The position numbers and the translations under genes are program-made. The notes beneath the pieces are model-generated. The model saw only the letters and a program-made list of their open reading frames with translations. It made no database searches and was not told the DNA's origin. A DNA stretch of 64,000 bases from Eledone cirrhosa (taxonomy: Eukaryota): NCBI GenBank assembly GCA_964016885.1, contig OZ024743.1:107446001-107510000 (forward strand), written 5' to 3'. Below, in pieces: positions 1-18,000 of this stretch. Within the stretch, counting starts at the first letter, position 1, and the number at the start of each line of letters is the position of its first letter.

Positions 1-3000
1 ACGACCAGCATCAACAACAGTAACAACACCAACCCCCAGCACTACCAGCATCAACAACAGTAACAACACCAACTCCCAGCACAACCATCATCAACAACAG
101 TAACAACGCCAACCCCAGTACAAACAGCATCAACAACAGTAACAAAACCAACCCCCAACACTACCAGCATCAACAACATAACAACACCAACCCCCAGCAC
201 AACCAGCATCAACAACAGTAACAAAACCAACTCCCAGCACAACCAGCAATAAACAACAGTAACATCACCAACTCCCAGCACAACCAGCAACAACAACAGT
301 AACACCACCAAGCCCCAGCACAACCAGTATCAACTCCACTAACACCAACAACCCCCATCACAACCAGCATCAACAACAGTAACAAAACCAACTCCCAGCA
401 CAACCAGCAATAAACAACAGTAACAACACCAACCCCCAGCACGACCAGCATCAACAACAGTAACAACACCAACCCCCAGCACTACCAGCATCAACAACAG
501 TAACAACACCAACTCCCAGCACAACCATCATCAACAACACAAACAATACCAACCCCCAGCACAACCAGCATCAACAACAGTAACAACACCAACCCCCAGC
601 ACAACCAACATCAACAACAGTAACATCACCAACCCCCAGCACTACCAGCATCAACAACAGTAACAACACCAACCCCCAGCACTACCAGCATCAACAACAG
701 TAACATCACCAACCCCCAGCACAACCAGCATCAACAACAGTAACAACACCAACCCCCAGCACAACCAACATCAACAACAGTAACATCACCAACCCCCAGC
801 ACTACCAGCATCAACAACAGTAACAACACCAACCCCCAGCACTACCAGCATCAACAACAGTAACATCACCAACCCCCAGCACAACCAGCATCAACAACAG
901 TAACAACACCAACCCCCAGCACAACCAACATCAACAACAGTAACATCACCAACCCCCAGCACTAACAGCATCAACAACAGTAACAACACCAACCCCCAGC
1001 ACTACCAGCATCAACAACAGTAACATCACCAACCCCCAGCACTACCAGCATCAACAACAGTAACAACACCAACCCCCAGCACAATCAGCATCAACAACAG
1101 TAACAACACCAACCGCAGCACAATCAGCATCAACAACAGTAACATCACCAACCCCCAGCACAACCAGCATCAACAACAGTAACATCACCAACCCCCAGCA
1201 CAACCAGCATCAACAACAGTAACAACACCAACTACCAGCATCAACAACAGTAACAACACCAACCCCCAGCACTACCAGCATCAACAACAGTAACAACACC
1301 AAGCCCCAGCACAACCAGCATCAACAACAGTAACAACACCAACCCCCAGCACTACCAGCATCAACAACAGTATCAACACCAACTCCCAGCACAACCATCA
1401 TCAACAACAGTAACAACACCAACCCCCAGCACTACCAGCATCAACAACAGTAACAACACCAACCCCCAGCACAACTAGCATCAACAACAGTAACAACACC
1501 AACCCCCAGCACTACCAGCATCAACAACAGTAACAACACCAACCCCCAGCACTACCAGCATCAACAACAGTAACAACACCAACCCCCAGCACAACTAGCA
1601 TCAACAACAGTAACAACACCAACCCCCAGCACTACTAGCATCAACAACAGTAACAACACCAACTCCCAGCACTACCAGCATCAACAACAGTAACAACACC
1701 AACCCCCAGCACTACCAGCATCAACAACAGTAACAACACCAACCCCCAGCACTACCAGCATCAACAACAGTAACATGACCAACCCCCAGCACTAACAGCA
1801 TCAACAACAGTAACAACACCAACCCCCAGCACAACCAGCATAAACAACAGTAACAACACCAACCCCCAGCACTACCAGCATCAACAACAGTAACAACACC
1901 AACCCCCAGCACAACCAGCATCAACAACAGTAACAACACCAACCCCCAGCACTACCAGCATCAACAACAGTAACAACATCAACCCCCAGCACTACCAGCA
2001 TCAACAACAGTAACAACACCAACCCCCAGCACTACCAGCATCAACAACAGTAACAACACCAACCCGCAGCACAACTAGCATCAACAACAGTAACAACACC
2101 AACCCCCAGCACTACCAGCATCAACAACAGTAACAACACCAACTCCCAGCACTACCAGCATCAACAACAGTAACAACACCAACCCCCAGCACTACCAGCA
2201 TCAACAACAGTAACAACACCAACCCCCAGCACTACCAGCATCAACAACAGTAACATCACCAACCCCCAGCACTACCAGCATCAACAACAGTAACAACACC
2301 AACCCCCAGCACTACCAGCATCAACAACAGTAACAACACCAACCCCCAGCACTACCAGCATCAACAACAGTAACAACACCAACCCCCAGCACTACCAGCA
2401 TCAACAACAGTAACAACACCAACTCCCAGCACAACCAGCATCAACAACAGTAACAACACCAACCCCCAGCACAACCAGCATCAACAACATAACAACACCA
2501 ACCCCCAGCACAACCAGCATCAACAACAGTAACAACACCAACTCCCAGCACAACCAGCATTAACAACAGTAACAACACCAACTCCCAGCACAACCAGCAT
2601 CAACAACAGTAACAACACCAACCCCCAGCACTACCAGCATCAACAACAGTAACAACACCAACTCCCAGCACAACCAGCATCAACAACATAACAACACCAA
2701 CCCCCAGCACAACCAGCATCAACAACAGTAACAACACCAACTCCCAGCACAACCAGCATTAACAACAGTAACAACACCAACTCCCAGCACAACCATCATC
2801 AACAACAGTAACATCACCAACCCCCAGCACAACCAGCATCAACAACAGTAACAACACCAAACCCCAGCACAACCAGCATCAACAACAGTAATAACACCAA
2901 CCCCCAGCACAACCAGCATCAACAACAATAACAACACCAACTCCCAGCACAACCATCATCAACAACAGTAACAATACCAACCCCCAGCACAACCAGCATC

Positions 3001-6000
3001 AACAACTGTAACAACACCAACCCCCAGCACTACCAGCATCAACAACAGTAACAACACCAACTCCCAGCACAACCATCATCAACAACAGTAACAACACCAA
3101 CCCCCAGCACTACCAGCATCAACAACAGTAATAACACCAACCCCCAGCACAACCAGCATCAACAACAATAACAACACCAACTCCCAGCACAACCATCATC
3201 AACAACAGTAACAATACCAACCCCCAGCACAACCAGCATCAACAACTGTAACAACACCAACCCCCAGCACTACCAGCATCAACAACAGTAACAACACCAA
3301 CTCCCAGCACAACCATCATCAACAACAGTAACAACACCAACCCCCAGCACTACCAGCATCAGCAACAGTAACAACACCAACCCCCAGCACTACCAGCATC
3401 AACAACAGTAACAACACCAACCCCCAGCACAACCAGCATCAACAACAGTAACAACACCAACCTCCAGCACAACCATCATCAACAACAGTAACAACACCAA
3501 CCCCCAGCACTACCAGCATCAACAACAGTAACAACACCAACCCCCAGCACAATCAGCATCAACAACAGTAACAACACCAACCGCAGCACAATCAGCATCA
3601 ACAACAGTAACATCACCAACCCCCAGCACAAACAGCATCAACAACAGTAACATCACCAACCCCCAGCACAACCAGCATCAACAACAGTAACAACACCAAC
3701 TACCAGCATCAACAACAGTAACAACACGAACCCCCAGCACTACCAGCATCAACAACAGTAACAACACCAAGCCCCAGCACAACCAGCATCAACAACAGTA
3801 ACAACACCAACCCCCAGCACTACCAGCATCAACAACAGTATCAACACCAACTCCCAGCACAACCATCATCAACAACAGTAACAACACCAACCCCCAGCAC
3901 TACCAGCATCAACAACAGTAACAACACCAACCCCCAGCACAACTAGCATCAACAACAGTAACAACACCAACCCCCAGCACTACCAGCATCAACAACAGTA
4001 ACAACACCAACCCCCAGCACTACCAGCATCAACAACAGTAACATCACCAACCCCCAGCACAACCAGCATCAACAACAGTAACAACACCAACCCCCAGCAC
4101 AACCAACATCAACAACAGTAACATCACCAACCCCCAGCACTAACAGCATCAACAACAGTAACAACACCAACCCCCAGCACTACCAGCATCAACAACAGTA
4201 ACATCACCAACCCCCAGCACTACCAGCATCAACAACAGTAACAACACCAACCCCCAGCACAATCAGCATCAACAACAGTAACAACACCAACCGCAGCACA
4301 ATCAGCATCAACAACAGTAACATCACCAACCCCCAGCACAACCAGCATCAACAACAGTAACATCACCAACCCCCAGCACAACCAGCATCAACAACAGTAA
4401 CAACACCAACTACCAGCATCAACAACAGTAACAACACCAACCCCCAGCACTACCAGCATCAACAACAGTAACAACACCAAGCCCCAGCACAACCAGCATC
4501 AACAACAGTAACAACACCAACCCCCAGCACTACCAGCATCAACAACAGTATCAACACCAACTCCCAGCACAACCATCATCAACAACAGTAACAACACCAA
4601 CCCCCAGCACTACCAGCATCAACAACAGTAACAACACCAACCCCCAGCACAACTAGCATCAACAACAGTAACAACACCAACCCCCAGCACTACCAGCATC
4701 AACAACAGTAACAACACCAACCCCCAGCACTACCAGCATCAACAACAGTAACAACACCAACCCCCAGCACAACTAGCATCAACAACAGTAACAACACCAA
4801 CCCCCAGCACTACTAGCATCAACAACAGTAACAACACCAACTCCCAGCACTACCAGCATCAACAACAGTAACAACACCAACCCCCAGCACTACCAGCATC
4901 AACAACAGTAACAACACCAACCCCCAGCACTACCAGCATCAACAACAGTAACATGACCAACCCCCAGCACTAACAGCATCAACAACAGTAACAACACCAA
5001 CCCCCAGCACAACCAGCATAAACAACAGTAACAACACCAACCCCCAGCACTACCAGCATCAACAACAGTAACAACACCAACCCCCAGCACAACCAGCATC
5101 AACAACAGTAACAACACCAACCCCCAGCACTACCAGCATCAACAACAGTAACAACATCAACCCCCAGCACTACCAGCATCAACAACAGTAACAACACCAA
5201 CCCCCAGCACTACCAGCATCAACAACAGTAACAACACCAACCCCCAGCACAACTAGCATCAACAACAGTAACAACACCAACCCCCAGCACTACCAGCATC
5301 AACAACAGTAACAACACCAACTCCCAGCACTACCAGCATCAACAACAGTAACAACACCAACCCCCAGCACTACCAGCATCAACAACAGTAACAACACCAA
5401 CCCCCAGCACTACCAGCATCAACAACAGTAACATCACCAACCCCCAGCACTACCAGCATCAACAACAGTAACAACACCAACCCCCAGCACAACCAGCATC
5501 AACAACAGTAACAACACCAACCCCCAGCACTACCAGCATCAACAACAGTAACAACACCAACCCCCAGCACTACCAGCATCAACAACAGTAACAACACCAA
5601 CCCCCAGCACTACCAGCATCAACAACAGTAACAACACCAACTCCCAGCACAACCAGCATCAACAACAGTAACAACACCAACCCCCAGCACAACCAGCATC
5701 AACAACATAACAACACCAACCCCCAGCACAACCAGCATCAACAACAGTAACAACACCAACTCCCAGCACAACCAGCATTAACAACAGTAACAACACCAAC
5801 TCCCAGCACAACCAGCATCAACAACAGTAACAACACCAACCCCCAGCACTACCAGCATCAACAACAGTAACAACACCAACTCCCAGCACAACCAGCATCA
5901 ACAACATAACAACACCAACCCCCAGCACAACCAGCATCAACAACAGTAACAACACCAACTCCCAGCACAACCAGCATTAACAACAGTAACAACACCAACT

Positions 6001-9000
6001 CCCAGCACAACCATCATCAACAACAGTAACATCACCAACCCCCAGCACAACCAGCATCAACAACAGTAACAACACCAAACCCCAGCACAACCAGCATCAA
6101 CAACAGTAATAACACCAACCCCCAGCACAACCAGCATCAACAACAATAACAACACCAACTCCCAGCACAACCATCATCAACAACAGGAACAATACCAACC
6201 CCCAGCACAACCAGCATCAACAACTGTAACAACACCAACCCCCAGCACTACCAGCATCAACAACAGTAACAACACCAACTCCCAGCACAACCATCATCAA
6301 CAACAGTAACAACACCAACCCCCAGCACTACCAGCATCAACAACAGTAATAACACCAACCCCCAGCACAACCAGCATCAACAACAATAACAACACCAACT
6401 CCCAGCACAACCATCATCAACAACAGTAACAATACCAACCCCCAGCACAACCAGCATCAACAACTGTAACAACACCAACCCCCAGCACTACCAGCATCAA
6501 CAACAGTAACAACACCAACTCCCAGCACAACCATCATCAACAACAGTAACAACACCAACCCCCAGCACTACCAGCATCAGCAACAGTAACAACACCAACC
6601 CCCAGCACTACCAGCATCAACAACAGTAACAACACCAACCCCCAGCACAACCAGCATCAACAACAGTAACAACACCAACCTCCAGCACAACCATCATCAA
6701 CAACAGTAACAACACCAACCCCCAGCACTACCAGCATCAACAACAGTAACAACACCAACCCCCAGCACAATCAGCATCAACAACAGTAACAACACCAACC
6801 GCAGCACAATCAGCATCAACAACAGTAACATCACCAACCCCCAGCACAACCAGCATCAACAACAGTAACATCACCAACCCCCAGCACAACCAGCATCAAC
6901 AACAGTAACAACACCAACTACCAGCATCAACAACAGTAACAACACGAACCCCCAGCACTACCAGCATCAACAACAGTAACAACACCAAGCCCCAGCACAA
7001 CCAGCATCAACAACAGTAACAACACCAACCCCCAGCACTACCAGCATCAACAACAGTATCAACACCAACTCCCAGCACAACCATCATCAACAACAGTAAC
7101 AACACCAACCCCCAGCACTACCAGCATCAACAACAGTAACAACACCAACCCCCAGCACAACTAGCATCAACAACAGTAACAACACCAACCCCCAGCACTA
7201 CCAGCATCAACAACAGTAACAACACCAACCCCCAGCACTACCAGCATCAACAACAGTAACAACACCAACCCCCAGCACTACCAGCATCAACAACAGTAAC
7301 AACACCAACCCCCAGCACAACTAGCATCAACAACAGTAACAACACCAACTCCCAGCACTACCAGCATCAACAACAGTAACAACACCAACCCCCAGCACTA
7401 CCAGCATCAACAACAGTAACAACACCAACCCCCAGCACTACCAGCATCAACAACAGTAACATCACCAACCCCCAGCACTACCAGCATCAACAACAGTAAC
7501 AACACCAACCCCCAGCACAACCAGCATCAACAACAGTAACAACACCAACCCCCAGCACTACCAGCATCAACAACAGTAACAACACCAACCCCCAGCACTA
7601 CCAGCATCAACAACAGTAACAACACCAACCCCCAGCACTACCAGCATCAACAACAGTAACAACACCAACTCCCAGCACAACCAGCATCAACAACAGTAAC
7701 AACACCAACCCCCAGCACAACCAGCATCAACAACATAACAACACCAACCCCCAGCACAACCAGCATCAACAACAGTAACAACACCAACTCCCAGCACAAC
7801 CAGCATTAACAACAGTAACAACACCAACTCCCAGCACAACCAGCATCAACAACAGTAACAACACCAACCCCCAGCACTACCAGCATCAACAACAGTAACA
7901 ACACCAACTCCCAGCACAACCAGCATCAACAACATAACAACACCAACCCCCAGCACAACCAGCATCAACAACAGTAACAACACCAACTCCCAGCACAACC
8001 AGCATTAACAACAGTAACAACACCAACTCCCAGCACAACCATCATCAACAACAGTAACATCACCAACCCCCAGCACAACCAGCATCAACAACAGTAACAA
8101 CACCAAACCCCAGCACAACCAGCATCAACAACAGTAATAACACCAACACCCAGCACAACCAGCATCAACAACAATAACAACACCAACTCCCAGCACAACC
8201 ATCATCAACAACAGTAACAATACCAACCCCCAGCACAACCAGCATCAACAACTGTAACAACACCAACCCCCAGCACTACCAGCATCAACAACAGTAACAA
8301 CACCAACTCCCAGCACAACCATCATCAACAACAGTAACAACACCAACCCCCAGCACTACCAGCATCAGCAACAGTAACAACACCAACCCCCAGCACTACC
8401 AGCATCAACAACAGTAACAACACCAACCCCCAGCACAACCAGCATCAACAACAGTAACAACACCAACCTCCAGCACAACCATCATCAACAACAGTAACAA
8501 CACCAACCCCCAGCACGACCAGCATCAACAACAGTAACAACACCAACCCCCAGCACTACCAGCATCAACAACAGTAACAACACCAACTCCCAGCACAACC
8601 ATCATCAACAACAGTAACAACGCCAACCCCAGTACAAACAGCATCAACAACAGTAACAAAACCAACCCCCAACACTACCAGCATCAACAACATAACAACA
8701 CCAACCCCCAGCACAACCAGCATCAACAACAGTAACAAAACCAACTCCCAGCACAACCAGCAATAAACAACAGTAACATCACCAACTCCCAGCACAACCA
8801 GCATCAACAACAGTAACACCACCAAGCCCCAGCACAACCAGTATCAACTCCACTAACACCAACAACCCCCATCACAACCAGCATCAACAACAGTAACAAA
8901 ACCAACTCCCAGCACAACCAGCAATAAACAACAGTAACAATACCAACCCCCAGCACGACCAGCATCAACAACAGTAACAACACCAACCCCCAGCACTACC

Positions 9001-12000
9001 AGCATCAAGAACAGTAACAACACCAACTCCCAGCACAACCATCATCAACAACACAAACAATACCAACCCCCAGCACAACCAGCATCAACAACAGTAACAA
9101 CACCAACCCCCAGCACTACTAGTATCAACAACAGTAACAACACCAACCCCCAGCACTACCAGCATCAACAACAGTAACAAAACCAACTCCCAGCACAACC
9201 AGCAATAAACAACAGTAACATCACCAACTCCCAGCACAACCAGCATCAACAACAGTAACACCACCAAGCCCCAGCACAACCAGTATCAACTCCACTAACA
9301 CCAACAACCCCCATCACTACCAGTATCAACTCCACCAACACCAACCCCCAGCACAACTAGCATCAACAACAGTAACAACACCAACCCCCAGCACTACCAG
9401 CATCAACAACAGTAACAACACCAACTCCCAGCACAACCATCATCAACAACAGTAAAAACACCAACCCCCAGCACTACCAGCATCAACAACAGTAAAAACA
9501 CCAACCCCCAGCACTACCAGCATCAACAACAGTAACATCACCAACACCCAGCACTACCAGCATCAACAACAGTAACAACACCAACCCCCAGCACAACCAG
9601 CATCAACAACAGTAACAACACCAACCCCCAGCACAACCAGCATCAACAACAGTAACAACACCAACCCCCAGCACAACCAGCATCAACAACAGTAACAACA
9701 CCAACCCCCAGCACTACCAGCATCAACAACAGTAACAACACCAACCCCCAGCACTACCAGCATCAACAACAGTAACAACACCAACCCCCAGCACAACCAG
9801 CATCAACAACATAACAACACCAACCCCCAGCACAACCAGCATCAACAACAGTAACAACACCAACTCCCAGCACAACCAGCATTAACAACAGTAACAACAC
9901 CAACTCCCAGCACAACCAGCATCAACAACAGTAACAACACCAACCCCCAGCACTACCAGCATCAACAACAGTAACAACACCAACTCCCAGCACAACCAGC
10001 ATCAACAACATAACAACACCAACCCCCAGCACAACCAGCATCAACAACAGTAACAACACCAACTCCCAGCACAACCAGCATTAACAACAGTAACAACACC
10101 AACTCCCAGCACAACCATCATCAACAACAGTAACATCACCAACCCCCAGCACAACCAGCATCAACAACAGTAACAACACCAAACCCCAGCACAACCAGCA
10201 TCAACAACAGTAATAACACCAACCCCCAGCACAACCATCATCAACGACAGTAACAATACCAACCCCCAGGACAACCAGCATCAACAACTGTAACAACACC
10301 AACCCCCAGCACTACCAGCATCAACAACAGTAACAACACCAACTCCCAGCACAACCATCATCAACAACAGTAACAACACCAACCCCCAGCACTACCAGCA
10401 TCAGCAACAGTAACAACACCAACCCCCAGCACTACCAGCATCAACAACAGTAACAACACCAACCCCCAGCACAACCAGCATCAACAACAGTAACAACACC
10501 AACCTCCAGCACAACCATCATCAACAACAGAACAACACCAACCCCCAGCACGACCAGCATCAACAACAGTAACAACACCAACCCCCAGCACTACCAGCAT
10601 CAACAACAGTAACAACACCAACTCCCAGCACAACCATCATCAACAACAGTAACAACGCCAACCCCAGTACAAACAGCATCAACAACAGTAACAAAACCAA
10701 CCCCCAACACTACCAGCATCAACAACATAACAACACCAACCCCCAGCACAACCAGCATCAACAACAGTAACAAAACCAACTCCCAGCACAACCAGCAATA
10801 AACAACAGTAACATCACCAACTCCCAGCACAACCAGCATCAACAACAGTAACACCACCAAGCCCCAGCACAACCAGTATCAACTCCACTAACACCAACAA
10901 CCCCCATCACAACCAGCATCAACAACAGTAACAAAACCAACTCCCAGCACAACCAGCAATAAACAACAGTAACAACACCAACCCCCAGCACGACCAGCAT
11001 CAACAACAGTAACAACACCAACCCCCAGCACTACCAGCATCAACAACAGTAACAACACCAACTCCCAGCACAACCATCATCAACAACACAAACAATACCA
11101 ACCCCCAGCACAACCAGCATCAACAACAGTAACAACACCAACCCCCAGCACTACTAGTATCAACAACAGTAACAACACCAACCCCCAGCACTACCAGCAT
11201 CAACAACAGTAACAAAACCAACTCCCAGCACAACCAGCAATAAACAACAGTAACATCACCAACTCCCAGCACAACCAGCATCAACAACAGTAACACCACC
11301 AAGCCCCAGCACAACCAGTATCAACTCCACTAACACCAACAACCCCCATCACTACCAGTATCAACTCCACCAACACCAACCCCCAGCACAACTAGCATCA
11401 ACAACAGTAACAACACCAACCCCCAGCACTACCAGCATCAACAACAGTAACAACACCAACTCCCAGCACAACCATCATCAACAACAGTAAAAACACCAAC
11501 CCCCAGCACTACCAGCATCAACAACAGTAAAAACACCAACCCCCAGCACTACCAGCATCAACAACAGTAACATCACCAACACCCAGCACTACCAGCATCA
11601 ACAACAGTAACAACACCAACCCCCAGCACAACCAGCATCAACAACAGTAACAACACCAACCCCCAGCACAACCAGCATCAACAACAGTAACAACACCAAC
11701 TCCCAGCACGACCAGCATTAACAACAGTAACAACACCAACTCCCAGCACAACCAGCATTAACAACAGTAACAACACCAACCCCCAGCACTACCAGCATCA
11801 ACAACAGTAACAACACCAACCCCCAGTACAACCAGCATTAACAACAGTAACAACACCAACTCCCAGCACAACCAGCATCAACAACAGTAACAACACCAAC
11901 TCCCAGCACAACCAGCATTAACAACAGTAACAACACCAACTCCCAGCACAACCATCATCAACAACAGTAACAACACCACCCCCAGCACAACCATCATCAA

Positions 12001-15000
12001 CAACAGTAACAACACCAACCCCCAGCACAACCATCATCAACAACAGTAACAACACTAACCCCCAGCACAACCAGCATCAACAACAGTAACAACACTAACC
12101 CCCAGCACAACCAGCATCAACAACAGTAACAACACCAAACCCCAGCACAACCAGCATCAACAACATTAACAACACCAACCCCCAGCACAACCAGCATCAA
12201 CAACAGTAACAACACCAACTCCCAGCACAACCATCATCAACAACAGCAACAATACCAACCCCCAGCACAACCAGCATCAACAACAGTAACAACACCAACC
12301 CGCAGCACTACCAGCATCAACAACATTAACAACACCAACCCCCAGCACAACCAGTATCAACAACAGTAACAACACCAACCCCCAGCACAACCATCATCAA
12401 CAACAGTAACAACACCAACTCCCAGCACAACCAGCATCAACAACAGTAACAACACCAACCCCCAGCACTACCAGCATCAACAACAGTATCAACACCAACT
12501 CCCAGCACAACCATCATCAACAACAGTAACAACACCAACCCCCAGCACTACCAGCATCAACAACAGTAACATCACCAATCCCCAGCACAACCAGCATCAA
12601 CAACAGTAACAACACCAACCCCCAGCACTACCAGCATCAACAACAGTAACAACACCAACCCCCAGCACAACTAGCATCAACAACAGTAACAACACCAACC
12701 CCCAGCACTACCAGCATTAACAACAGTAACAACACCAACTCCCAGCACAACCATCATCAACAACAGTAACAACACCAACCCCCAGCACAACCATCATCAA
12801 CAACAGTAACAACACCAACCCCCAGCACAACCAGCATCAACAACAGTAACAACACCAACCCCAGCACAACCAGCATCAAAAACAGTAAAAACACCAACCC
12901 CCAGCACAACCATCATCAACAACAGTAACAACACCAACCCCCAGCACTACCAGCATTAACAACAGTAACAACACCAACTCCCAGCACAACCATCATCAAC
13001 AACAGTAACAACACCAACCCCCAGCACAACCATCATCAACAACAGTAACAACACCAACCCCCAGCACAACCAGCATCAACAACAGTAACAACACCAACCC
13101 CAGCACAACCAGCATCAAAAACAGTAAAAACACCAACCCCCAGCACAACCATCATCAACAACAGTAACAACACCAACTCCCAGCACAACCAGCATCAACA
13201 ACAGTAACAACACCAACTCCCAGCACAACCAGCATCAACAACAGTAACAACACCAACTCCCAGCACAACCAGCATCAAAAACAGTAAAAACACCAACCCC
13301 CAGCACAACCATCATCAACAACAGTAACAACACCAACTCCCAGCACAACCAGCATTAACAACAGTAACAACACCAACTCCCAGCACAACCAGCATCAACA
13401 ACAGTAACAACACCAACCCCCAGCACTAGCAGCATCAACAACAGTAACAACACCAACCCCCAGCTCTACCAGCATCAACAACAGTAACAACACCAACCCC
13501 CAGCACAACCAGCATCAACAACAGTAACAACACTAACTCCCAGCACAACCATCATCAAAAACAGTAACAACACCAACCCCCAGCACAACCAGCATCAACA
13601 ACAGTAACAACACCAAACCCCAGCACAACCAGCATCAACAACAGTAACAACAACAACCCCCAGCACAACCAGCATCAACAACCATAACAACACCAACTCC
13701 CAGCACAACCAGCATCAACAACAGTAACAACACTAACTCCCAGCACAACCATCATCAACAACAGTAACAACACCAACCCCCAGCACAACCAGCATCAACA
13801 ACAGTAACAACACCAAACCCCAGCACAACCAGCATCAACAACAGTAACAACACCAACCCCCAGCACAACCAGCATCAACAGCCATAACAACACCAACCCC
13901 CAGCACAACCAGCATCAACAACAGTAACAACACCAACCCCCAGCACTACCAGCATCAACAACATTACCAACACCAACCCCCAGCACAACCAGCATCAACA
14001 ACAGTAACAACACCAACCCCCAGCACAACCATCATCAACAACAGTAACAACACCAACCACCAGCACAACCAGCATCAACAACAGTAACAACACCAACCCC
14101 CAGCACTACCAGCATCAACAACAGTAACAACACCAACTCCCAGCACAACCATCATCAACAACAGTAACAACACCAACCCCAGTACAAACAGCATCAACAA
14201 CAGTAACAACACCAACCCCCAACACAACCAGCATCAACAACAGTAACAACACCAACCCCCAGCACTACCAGCATCAACAACAGTAACAACACCAACTCCC
14301 AGCACAACCATCATCAACAACAGTAACAACACCAACCCCCAGCACTACCAGCATCAACAACAGTAACAACACCAACTCCCAGCACAACCATCATCAACAA
14401 CAGTAACAACACCAACCCCCAGCACTACCAGCATCAACAACAGTAACAACACCAACCCCCAGCACAACCAGTATCAACAACAGTAACATCACCAACCCCC
14501 AGCACAACCAGCATCAACAACAGTAACAACACCAACCCCCAGCACAACCAGCATCAACAACAGTAACAACACCAACCCCTAGCACTACCAGCATCAACAA
14601 CAGTAACAAAACCAACTCCCAGCACAACCATCATCAACAACAGTAACAACACCAACCCCAGCACAACCAGCAATAAACAACAGTAACATAACCAACTCCC
14701 AGCACAACCAGCATCAACAACAGTAACAACACCAACCCCCAGCACTACCAGTATCAACAACAGTAACAACACCAACCCCTAGCACTACCAGCATCAACAA
14801 CAGTAACAACACCAACCCCTAGCACTACCAGCATCAACAACAGTAACAAAACCAACTCCCAGCACAACCTTCATCAACAACAGTAACAACACCAACCCCA
14901 GCACAACCAGCAATAAACAACAGTAACATCACCAACTCCCAGCACAACCAGTATCAACAACAGTAACATCACCAACCCCCAGCACAACCAGCATCAACAA

Positions 15001-18000
15001 CAGTAACAACACCAACCCCCAGCACAACCAGCATCAACAACAGTAACAACACCAACCCCTAGCACTACCAGCATCAACAACAGTAACAAAACCAACTCCC
15101 AGCACAACCATCATCAACAACAGTAACAATACCAACCCCAGCACAACCAGCAATAAACAACAGTAACATCACCAACTCCCAGCACAACCAGCATCAACAA
15201 CAGTAACAACACCAACCCCCAGCTCTACCAGCATCAACAACAGTAACAACACCAACCCCCAGCACAACCAGCATCAACAACAGTAACAACACTAACTCCC
15301 AGCACAACCATCATCAAAAACAGTAACAACACCAACCCCCAGCACAACCAGCATCAACAACAGTAACAACACCAACCCCCAGCTCTACCAGCATCAACAA
15401 CAGTAACAACACCAACCCCCAGCACAACCAGCATCAACAACAGTAACAACACTAACTCCCAGCACAACCATCATCAAAAACAGTAACAACACCAACCCCC
15501 AGCACAACCAGCATCAACAACAGTAACAACACCAAACCCCAGCACTACCAGCATCAACAACAGTAACAACACCAACTCCCAGCACAACCAGCATCAACAA
15601 CATAACAACACCAACCCCCAGCACAACCAGCATCAACAACAGTAACAACACCAACTCCCAGCACAACCAGCATTAACAACAGTAACAACACCAACTCCCA
15701 GCACAACCATCATCAACAACAGTAACATCACCAACCCCCAGCACAACCAGCATCAACAACAGTAACAACACCAAACCCCAGCACAACCAGCATCAACAAC
15801 AGTAATAACACCAACCCCCAGCACAACCATCATCAACGACAGTAACAATACCAACCCCCAGGACAACCAGCATCAACAACTGTAACAACACCAACCCCCA
15901 GCACTACCAGCATCAACAACAGTAACAACACCAACTCCCAGCACAACCATCATCAACAACAGTAACAACACCAACCCCCAGCACTACCAGCATCAGCAAC
16001 AGTAACAACACCAACCCCCAGCACTACCAGCATCAACAACAGTAACAACACCAACCCCCAGCACAACCAGCATCAACAACAGTAACAACACCAACCTCCA
16101 GCACAACCATCATCAACAACAGAACAACACCAACCCCCAGCACGACCAGCATCAACAACAGTAACAACACCAACCCCCAGCACTACCAGCATCAACAACA
16201 GTAACAACACCAACTCCCAGCACAACCATCATCAACAACAGTAACAACGCCAACCCCAGTACAAACAGCATCAACAACAGTAACAAAACCAACCCCCAAC
16301 ACTACCAGCATCAACAACATAACAACACCAACCCCCAGCACAACCAGCATCAACAACAGTAACAAAACCAACTCCCAGCACAACCAGCAATAAACAACAG
16401 TAACATCACCAACTCCCAGCACAACCAGCATCAACAACAGTAACACCACCAAGCCCCAGCACAACCAGTATCAACTCCACTAACACCAACAACCCCCATC
16501 ACAACCAGCATCAACAACAGTAACAAAACCAACTCCCAGCACAACCAGCAATAAACAACAGTAACAACACCAACCCCCAGCACGACCAGCATCAACAACA
16601 GTAACAACACCAACCCCCAGCACTACCAGCATCAACAACAGTAACAACACCAACTCCCAGCACAACCATCATCAACAACACAAACAATACCAACCCCCAG
16701 CACAACCAGCATCAACAACAGTAACAACACCAACCCCCAGCACTACTAGTATCAACAACAGTAACAACACCAACCCCCAGCACTACCAGCATCAACAACA
16801 GTAACAAAACCAACTCCCAGCACAACCAGCAATAAACAACAGTAACATCACCAACTCCCAGCACAACCAGCATCAACAACAGTAACACCACCAAGCCCCA
16901 GCACAACCAGTATCAACTCCACTAACACCAACAACCCCCATCACTACCAGTATCAACTCCACCAACACCAACCCCCAGCACAACTAGCATCAACAACAGT
17001 AACAACACCAACCCCCAGCACTACCAGCATCAACAACAGTAACAACACCAACTCCCAGCACAACCATCATCAACAACAGTAAAAACACCAACCCCCAGCA
17101 CTACCAGCATCAACAACAGTAAAAACACCAACCCCCAGCACTACCAGCATCAACAACAGTAACATCACCAACACCCAGCACTACCAGCATCAACAACAGT
17201 AACAACACCAACCCCCAGCACAACCAGCATCAACAACAGTAACAACACCAACCCCCAGCACAACCAGCATCAACAACAGTAACAACACCAACTCCCAGCA
17301 CGACCAGCATTAACAACAGTAACAACACCAACTCCCAGCACAACCAGCATTAACAACAGTAACAACACCAACCCCCAGCACTACCAGCATCAACAACAGT
17401 AACAACACCAACCCCCAGTACAACCAGCATTAACAACAGTAACAACACCAACTCCCAGCACAACCAGCATCAACAACAGTAACAACACCAACTCCCAGCA
17501 CAACCAGCATTAACAACAGTAACAACACCAACTCCCAGCACAACCATCATCAACAACAGTAACAACACCACCCCCAGCACAACCATCATCAACAACAGTA
17601 ACAACACCAACCCCCAGCACAACCATCATCAACAACAGTAACAACACTAACCCCCAGCACAACCAGCATCAACAACAGTAACAACACTAACCCCCAGCAC
17701 AACCAGCATCAACAACAGTAACAACACCAAACCCCAGCACAACCAGCATCAACAACATTAACAACACCAACCCCCAGCACAACCAGCATCAACAACAGTA
17801 ACAACACCAACTCCCAGCACAACCATCATCAACAACAGCAACAATACCAACCCCCAGCACAACCAGCATCAACAACAGTAACAACACCAACCCGCAGCAC
17901 TACCAGCATCAACAACATTAACAACACCAACCCCCAGCACAACCAGTATCAACAACAGTAACAACACCAACCCCCAGCACAACCATCATCAACAACAGTA